Part shown: positions 6,440-12,775 of the stretch, in pieces
How positions within the stretch are numbered: the first letter of the stretch is position 1
Layout: the number at the start of each line of letters is the position of its first letter
Source of the DNA: an uncultured Planctomycetota bacterium
Lineage (GTDB): Bacteria > Planctomycetota > Planctomycetia > Pirellulales > Lacipirellulaceae
DNA: 12,775 nucleotides
Assembly: GCA_963719315.1 (NCBI GenBank)
Contig: CAVRBU010000014.1
Span: 1 to 12,775 of the forward strand
Direction of reading: 5' to 3'
Program-made: the position numbers and the translations under genes
The notes under the pieces: model-generated
What the model was told of the DNA's origin: nothing
Database searches by the model: none
The model's input: only the letters and a program-made list of their open reading frames with translations

Positions 6440-7469
6440 ATGTGTACCCGACCAAGCGTATTTCGCGTAGTTGCCTTGCTTTTGTTGATGCCTTTGTTGG
6501 CCGGCTGCGGCAAGAAACAGCCATCTGAGGTCGTTGTGTACACGGCACTCGATGAGGAGTTTTCGAAACCTATCTTCGACGACTTCACGCGCGATACCGG
6601 CATCGTCGTGAAGGTCAAGTACGACGCCGAATCCACGAAGACGGTCGGCCTGACGCAGACGATCATTGCCGAGCGCGACCGGCCGCGGTGCGACTTGTTC
6701 TGGAACAACGAGATCCTGAATACATTTCGATTGGAGCGCGCCGGATTGTTGCGGCCGTACAATTCCCCGGCCGCGGCCGAGTTTCCGGCCAATGCTCGCT
6801 CGCCCCGGGGGTTGTGGTACGGTTTTGCGGCCCGCGCTCGCGTGTTCATCGTAAACACGAATCAGGTTCCCGAGGAGCGCCGGCCTAAGTCGATCCGCGA
6901 CCTGACCGACCCGCAGTGGTACGAGCGCTGCGGAATCGCCAAGCCGCTGTTCGGCACGACGGCCACGCACGCGGCTTGCTTGTTTGCGGTCTGGGGCGAC
7001 GACAAGGCCAAGGATTTCTTTCGCGACGTGAAGCACAATGCCCGCATCATGTCGGGCAACAAGCAGGTGGCCGAAGCAGTGGCGGCCGGCTCGCTCGCGT
7101 TCGGCCTCACGGATACCGACGATGCCCTAGTGGAAATCGAAAAAGGGATGCCGGTGGCGATCGTGTACCCGGACCAGGCGGAAAACGAGGTTGGCACGTT
7201 GTACATACCCAACACACTCGCGCTCATTAAGGGCTCTCCGCATCCGGTCGAGGCGGAGAAGCTTCTGAACTACCTATTGTCGGCGGACGTTCGAGCGGCG
7301 GCTGGCCGCCGGGCCGAGCGCCCAAATCCCGCTTCGGCCGGGCGTGGCGGCCTCGCCGCGAGTCAAAACGCCGCCGGAAATCCGGGCGATGGATGTCGAT
7401 TGGTCGGCCGCCGCCGCAAAATGGGACACGGCCGCCGAGTTCTTCAAAGCGGAATTCACGGCTCCCTGA
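6440..7469 (+). CDS. ABC transporter substrate-binding lipoprotein, Fe(III)/FbpA-AfuA-like, with one +1 frameshift at ~7291
   Basis: Lipobox LLAGC, VVVYTALD, RPRCDLFWNNE, AKPLFGTTATH, GLTDTDD, LYIPNTLALIKG. After LLSADV the natural C-terminus ERRLAAGPSAQIPLRPG...MDVDWSAAAAKWDTAAEFFKAEFTAP* continues in frame 3 (7293-7469), giving ~342 aa. Confidence 0.88.
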
Positions 7470-7514
7470 CGCGGTCCATTGAACTGAAACAAAGAGTGCA
7501 CCGAAACGCAGAGT

Positions 7515-7616
7515 GTTTTATCCGATGTGCCTTCGCTGAGCAGGTCTCCAGCAGCGTGGGATCGTTGCCGTTGGTAAAACTCTTCCGTGCGGCAGGGCTG
7601 GCACATTGGATAAAAC
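7515..7616. repeat. Terminal stem-loop downstream of the IS91-type transposase
   Basis: GTTTTATCCGATGTGCC (7515-7531) and GGCACATTGGATAAAAC (7600-7616), 16/17 complementary plus one G-T, enclosing 68 nt; bracketed by direct TTGAACTGAA copies (7479-7488, 7620-7629). Confidence 0.8.
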
Positions 7617-7874
7617 GTGTTGAACTGAACCACGCTCGGGCGTTGCCCTATGGAGAAGCAATGGCAGCTTGGGTGCTGGTGAACCACGGTTGTCTACAGC
7701 GGTCCGACGCCTGTCTCACGGCAATCTGTTGGTCGTCGACTTGATCGGTAGGGTGGGCAGTCCGCATGATCGGAATCAACCGTCTCTCGCGTACCGGGCA
7801 GCGCGCACCGGGAGAACTGCTCGCGAACGGCGTTCTCGATCGTCGACTCAATCGAAGCTGTCGGCGCGGGAGCG

Positions 7875-9103
7875 TCATGACGTATCCGACCAACGAGGTC
7901 GCGCGTGACGCAGTGCGCGGGGAAGCAGCCAGTGCAGCGCCGATCGGCGCTTGCGGCGAGAGCGTGGCGACCCTTTGGATCCGTCCGGCGCCGCAGACGG
8001 TGCAAGCGACCGCAACCGGACCGTCGTCGGACGGCGATGCGGGTTCCGACGAATCAGCCAACGGGGCGATCGGCGGCCCGCTGATCAGTCGCCGCGCAGC
8101 GGCGACCTTCTCCGACCGATGGCGGTTCGCCAGGAATCCGTAGTAGCGGATGCGGGTAAATCCGCGCGGCAAGACGTGCAGCAAGAATCGGCGGACGAAT
8201 TCGTCCGCCGAGAGCGTCATGGACTTCTGTCGGTTATCGTCGGCGTAATCCTTCCACTGGAAGGAGACGCGCCCGCCGTCGAAGGCCGTCAAGCGCGAAT
8301 TGGAGATCGCCGTGCGATGGGTGTAGCGGGCCAGATACTTGAGCACTTGCTGGGCGCCGCCAAAGGGTGGCTTGGCGTAGACGACCCAGTCGGTTCGGAC
8401 CGACTGATCAAGCAAGCGCTCGAAGGCCTGGCCGTCGGCGTGCTGCGCAGCACGCCGAAGAAACGGAGCTGTCCGCTACGAAAAGCCTGCTTCAGTCGAG
8501 CGATGAACTTGCCGCGAAAGACACGACTCAGAATGCGCACCGGGAGGAAGAAGTTGGCGCGCCCCTGGATCCACTGCTGGCCGTCGGCCGAGAATCCGCC
8601 GGCGGGAACCACGCAGTGCAGGTGGGGATGATGCATCAGGTTCTGTCCCCACGTGTGCAGGACGGCGAGAAAACCGATCTTCGCGCCCAGGTGGCGAGGT
8701 TGTGCTGCAATCTGCAAGAGCGTTTCGGAAGCTGCTTGGAACAAGATGCGGTAGACGATCCGCTCGTTCGCCAGTGCCAAGGGGCTCAACTCGGCTGGCA
8801 GCGTGAACACCACGTGAAAATACGGAACGTCGAGCAATTCGGCTTGCCGCGCAGCAAGCCATCGCGCGCGGGCCGAAGCTTGGCACTTGGGGCAATGGCG
8901 ATTGCGACAGGAGTTGTAGGCAAACCGGCGCTGCCCGCAGGCGTCGCATGCTTCTTCGTGGCCGCCGAGGGCGGCCGTCCGACAGGCGGCCAGGTCGCGG
9001 AGGGCTTGTCGCTGTTCGCTGCGCAAGCCGGTGCCGTCGCGGGCCAACAGTTCTCCGCCGACGGCGCGAAAGACATCGCCTATCTCCGGTCGTGCGGCGG
9101 CAC
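7875..9103 (-). pseudogene. IS91-family rolling-circle (Y2) transposase with N-terminal Zn-binding domain, frameshifted
   Basis: CRTAALGGH..CDACG..YNSCRNRHCPKCQ, PYFHVVFTLP, VLHTWG, HUH motif HPHLH in ORF 8289-9755. The YxxxY motif KYLARYTH, RFLLHVLP, RIRYYGFLAN and CxxCG are in ORF 7648-8415. Shift at ~8445. A DTS* ending typical of the family occurs at 7875 in another frame. No in-frame start near the conserved N-terminus (~9092), so both ends are approximate. Confidence 0.88.
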
Positions 9104-9940
9104 GGCGATCGTCGCGAGCGCATCGAAGGGACTCGTGACCGAAGCGATTCGCTCCGTCGACACGGCCGTGTAGATGGCCGTCGTCTTGAAGCTGCGGTGT
9201 CCCAAGAGCACTTGGATCGTCCGCAGGTCGACGCCCGCTTCCAAGAGGTGCGTGGCGAAGCTGTGCCGCAGCGTATGGACGGTCACGTCCTTCTTGAGCC
9301 CCGAGCGGCGCCGCGTCCGCCGGCAAGTGAGCATCACTTGGCCGGTCGACAACGGCTTCTCCGTCTGGCTGGGAAACAGGAATCGTCGCGGCCGTTCGCG
9401 TCGCCAATAGGTCCGGAGCAGTTCCAGCAGCTTGGGCGAGAGCATGACGTTGCGGTCCTTCAGGCCCTTGGCCTGGCGGATGCGGATCAGCATCCGCTGG
9501 TTGTCGATGTCGCCCACTTCGAGGGCCACGATCTCCGAGACTCGCAGCCCGGCGGCGTACGCCATCGTGAGCATCGTCCGCGACTTGAGTCGGGGCGCCG
9601 CGGCCAAGAACATGGCGACCTCCTCGCGGCTCAGGACGACCGGCAGTCGCTTCGGTTCCTTCGGGCAGGGAATGCCGTCCAAGAGGCCGGTCCGTCCCAG
9701 CGTCGTCTGGTAGAAGAACCGCAGGGCGCAAAGCGTGATGTTGTACGTGCTCCATGCGACGCGCCGCTGGTGGACCATGAGGAGCAGGTACTGGCGAACT
9801 TCTTCTGGTCCGAGCCGCTCGGGCGAAACGCCGAAGTGTCGCGCGAAGCGAGCAACGGCCGAAATGTAAGCGCTCTGCGTATGCGGCGAGAAATTCCGCA
9901 GTTGCAAGTCATCGAGCATTCGCTGCCGCAATTCCGTCAT
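9080..9940 (-). CDS. Tyrosine recombinase / site-specific integrase (XerD/IntI-like) associated with the IS91 transposase
   Basis: ATG 9940 with GGAG RBS; MTELRQRMLDDLQLRNFSPHT SAM-like N-terminus; catalytic residues intact: GLRVSE, KGLKDR, HTLRHSFATHLLE, LLGH, AIYT. Confidence 0.93.
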   Translation of the reverse strand: MTELRQRMLDDLQLRNFSPHTQSAYISAVARFARHFGVSPERLGPEEVRQYLLLMVHQRRVAWSTYNITLCALRFFYQTTLGRTGLLDGIPCPKEPKRLPVVLSREEVAMFLAAAPRLKSRTMLTMAYAAGLRVSEIVALEVGDIDNQRMLIRIRQAKGLKDRNVMLSPKLLELLRTYWRRERPRRFLFPSQTEKPLSTGQVMLTCRRTRRRSGLKKDVTVHTLRHSFATHLLEAGVDLRTIQVLLGHRSFKTTAIYTAVSTERIASVTSPFDALATIAVPPHDRR

Positions 9941-10265
9941 GGGAAAACTCCGCAAGCGTAGGTCAGAAGAAACGCGCACGGTCTGCTCCTTCAGCCTGAT
10001 TGCCGTGCAGCCAGGCGCAAGTCCCTACAATCGGTACGATTGGCCTGACCGGTTCGTCGCGGACTGGTGCCGCGCGTTCAGACTAGAGTTCGTGGATGGG
10101 ATAGCCGATCGCGCGTGCGAATGGAGGTGAGCGTCGCGCACGTCGGCGGCGTGTTCGATCACCGAAGCGTGTAGCGCGGCCGAAGGCGATGAAAGCGATG
10201 CGCCAGGAGACGCCCAACTGCGCGATTCGCGTTGAGGTAAGATCCTCTTCCCTACCGTCCCCGGT

Positions 10266-10523
10266 TTAGTTCAACGGGTTTTCTTTGCTGGGTTCAGAAG
10301 CCACACGCGCACGAGCTACTTCATTCAGAAGAGTCTCAGACAGTTCTGTATGATTGCCAGTAGCGAACGTCTTAAGAAGCGCCATTCGCTGGTCAGCTGC
10401 ATTGCTGATTACATCCGGATCGGATTCAAAAACACGCAAGCCAAGTAGCCGATAAAGATTCGGCGGTTGCTCCTCTCGCGGAATGCCGAGCCATTTGTAG
10501 TATGGATCGAAGCTTGTTGGCAC
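10266..10523 (-). pseudogene. Truncated protein with a planctomycete-type J-domain-like N-terminus
   Basis: FDPYYKWLGIPREEQPPNLYRLLGL..FESDPDVISNAADQRM..LLNEVARARV with AAGGA RBS. The expected LLNPAKK continuation is present after a 2-nt shift at ~10302. The sequence then runs into the mobile-element end at 10275. Confidence 0.75.
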
Positions 10524-10555
10524 GTCTTATTCCTTTAAGCGGAAGCACTGTCAAG

Positions 10556-12168
10556 TTAGTACGTGGCATTCAGTCCAAACAAAGCCTCTTCAAGCATTCT
10601 TTCGAACTCGTTTGACCCTGTCCCGGATCGAATCGTTTCCTGCCAACGTAGGATTAATGATGAAGAATAGTTTCGGTCACGTTGGAACTCAACATTTACG
10701 GCACGATCAGTACCCGACACCCTCGCTTGCACATTGAGACGCCCACTGCGGCTGTAATGATATGTTACTTCAACAGACTGGCCTTTGGGCAAATCGCGAG
10801 GAAGGTTTGAGAGAATCACGCGTCCGATCACGATGCAGTTAGATGGATCAGGGCTCTCACCCTCAAGCACTGTAATAACCACCGACCTTTGGTTGAATTT
10901 GGAGGTAACGCACCGACGGGTAGATTGCGCCGGCAATGGAGTGTTGCGTGGAATCAAAACAGCATGTTCGCGCCGATTTGTTTCCACGTTGGTTCCTTCA
11001 ATTCCGAGGCTATGCGAATTGACGCTGACGATCTTGATCTTGCTTTGCTTGTTTTCCTCGGCCAATAGATAGTGTGCGTACAGCGCAGCGCCGCGGGCCA
11101 CAGCTTCGTCAGGATTGACTGAGCGATCTGGGGTTATGCCAGACTGCTCCTCAAGCATGCCCGCAACCATGGGCATTCTTGTAGAGCCACCTACAAGGAG
11201 TATCCGATCTACACTGTTCCAATTCGTCTTGGCAGTTGATAGCAACTGACGAGTAGTGAAGGCGGTGCGCTCTAGCAGGTCTGCAGTAATATCCTCAAAT
11301 ACATCGCGTGATCAAATCAACGGTGGTTTCGTGACCATCAAATGCAAGACGAATTGTTGTCGTTGGCCGTACGCTCAGGGCTCGCTTGGCGTTTTCAGCC
11401 AGATTGTAAAGTTCCGCTTGAGTACTCGGATTTTTTGCGCGGATCGAGGTTGTGATCCTTTACAAATCGCTCCGCTAACCAATGAACAATCCGGCAGTCC
11501 CAGTCACGACCGCCCAAACGGACGTCACCGTCGGTGGCAAGGCAAATAATGCCGCCAGGTTGAAATTGAACAAGGGTTACATCGAATGTGCCACCACCTA
11601 AGTCGTAGACCAAGACAGTCATCACATCCCGAGGCATCCCAGCCGAGCCTAAATATCCCAGGTGTTCTCCGAAGGCCAGTGCAGCGGCCGTAGGCTCGTT
11701 AACGATGTCTATTACATTGAGCCCCGCCATTTGTCCCGCATCAGCCGCCGCCTGCCGACGCGGTTCGTCAAAATACGCGGGTACGGTAATAACGACGCTA
11801 AACTTCTCATTTCCAAGTGCGTCGATATCTCGCTTTAGTTGCTTTAAGATATAGGCCTGGATGACCTCTGGTGGCACATGCTTACCTAGAATTGGGCGAG
11901 AGTACGTCTTACTCCCCATGTCGCGCTTCGCGTAATCGGCGACGGCATCTGGACAAGTCGCAGTTGCAGCTCGCGCCTTTTCACCCACAAATACATTATC
12001 GCTCTCAAAGAGAACAACACTTGGCGTTAGAAACGCCCCTTCACTGTTGCGGACCATCGTGGTCTGCCCAGAGTTGGAAACATATGCTGCTGCTGACAGC
12101 GTCGTTCCGAGGTCGATTCCAACAGCGCGCGAGCGAGTGCCTGCCGATCCCGCAGCAACCTGGGGCAT
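10556..12168 (-). pseudogene. Hsp70-family protein (non-canonical DnaK paralogue, no helical lid), two +1 frameshifts
   Basis: GIDLGTT, TPSVV, VITVPAYF, NEPTAAALA, VYDLGGGTFD, LGGRDWD in the first ORF. Bridging frame reads NPSTQAELYNLAENAKRALS...TVDL (11432-11313), followed by SRDVFEDITADLLERT...LLVGGSTRMP...NPDEAVARGAA...LIPRNTPLP. Indels in the T6 run 11431-11436 and at ~11312; ~536 aa if repaired. Confidence 0.9.
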
Positions 12169-12497
12169 TGGCTCGATCGAATTATTAGGTGTGATGCGGA
12201 TTCAGCGCGCTAGCAACCTCAGAGAGTTTCTCCGAATGTGCCTCCCATAGTCTCTAAGGCTACCCTCCCTGATTATAAACTTCAAGCACTTGGTCTTAGC
12301 TCAAATGAATCCCTAACGACGTAGTATCATCCGAATACTTACATACAAGAAATGGGCGAATTGAGCGGTTTGTGCCGCCGTCTTTTTCAACTACTCATCC
12401 ACAACTTCTGTTTATACGTCTCGGGCACGTAATCGGATTATCAATTCACTCGATTCTTGTTCTCCCATCGTTGCTGTTATTGGAAGGAGAAACGGCG

Positions 12498-12775
12498 TCA
12501 GGAACTGTTATCCTGTTTCTCGGTCCAGCCATGCGGGCGGAGCGTTGGTTGAGTCGAGCCCCAATCGGTTGACCGCGCGAGCGCTCGAGGGCGCGGCGCC
12601 AAACGGGCTGCCGCGTTGGACCGAGCGTTGAATGGCGGCAAGCTCGGCCTTCCGTCGAGCGGTTCGTTTCCGTGATCGACCCAGCTGACTTTGCTGGGCG
12701 ACGGCCAGGCCGAAAGCAGTTTCTGGTCGTCGGCCGATCCGTTTACACCCAGTTCCACGCTCCATGCTCCCCTGC
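12498..12775 (-). pseudogene. Degenerate C-terminal part of a second Y1/RAYT-type transposase (continues beyond the window)
   Basis: Switching between two frames gives KLLSAWP..WVDHGNEP / AELAAIQRSVQRGSPFG..SARAVNRLGLDST / LRPHG..KQDNSS*. This resembles, from recall, the C-terminus of longer planctomycete REP-associated tyrosine transposases; GTTCCTGACGCCGTTT overlaps the stop. Catalytic motifs are not in the window. Confidence 0.6.

Larger units (their letters stand above)
7479..10275 (-). mobile_element. Two-gene IS91-family-like element (tyrosine recombinase + Y2 HUH transposase)
   Basis: Overlapping integrase and transposase genes. Inverted motifs GTTGAACTGAACC (7619-7631) and GGTTTAGTTCAAC (10263-10275). 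The right motif coincides with a gene truncation and a GC shift. Left end uncertain (7479, ~7505 or 7619). Confidence 0.8.

Noticed and set aside
7292..7744. C-terminal extension of the 434-aa ABC ORF
   Set aside because: Result of a +1 frameshift at ~7291; the family-like C-terminus ends at 7469.
7748..7759. GTAGGGTGGGCA match to the GTAG REP
   Set aside because: Only a 12-nt half match without the complementary arm; may be chance or a decayed copy.
9104..9755. Long N-terminal extension of the 488-aa ORF, and antisense ORFs 7951-8631, 8367-9173, 8948-9961
   Set aside because: Alternative-frame or antisense shadows of the integrase and transposase in high-GC DNA.
9080..9940. Integron integrase (intI) or chromosomal xerC/xerD
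   Set aside because: No evident IntI-specific insertion, no cassette array in the window, and it is coupled to an IS91 transposase.
10556..12168. Housekeeping dnaK
   Set aside because: Too short, lacks the lid domain, no grpE or canonical dnaJ adjacent, and atypical composition.
12272..12277. Minus-strand TATAAT as the Hsp70 promoter
   Set aside because: No -35 at 16-18 nt spacing and no extended -10; insufficient in an AT-rich tract.

Overview
GC-rich bacterial DNA, most likely a planctomycete (inferred from the FGE/PEP-CTERM gene, the 'FDPYxKWLGIP' J-like domain, an Hsp70 paralogue and the repeat style). The left 2.8 kb is a REP/RAYT-like locus: about eight ~85-bp tripartite palindromic units surround a stand-alone IS200-like HUH (Y1) transposase. 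A diverged direct duplicate of the repeat block plus the transposase 3' end brackets a frameshifted FGE-sulfatase/PEP-CTERM surface-protein gene that has a structured 5' leader. The middle holds an XRE regulator, an orphan HicB-like gene, a GTAG-type REP doublet, a 360-aa protein with two alpha-CTD-like motifs and a sigma70 region-4-like HTH, an RNase Z-like MBL hydrolase and an Fe(III)-type ABC substrate-binding lipoprotein. Next is a ~2.7-2.8 kb element encoding a tyrosine recombinase and an IS91-family Y2 transposase, with inverted GTTGAACTRAACC motifs and a long terminal hairpin. It truncates a J-domain-like gene in a lower-GC Hsp70 island, which ends at a degenerate second Y1 transposase. 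At least 8 frameshifts are visible; they may be long-read indel errors or real decay.
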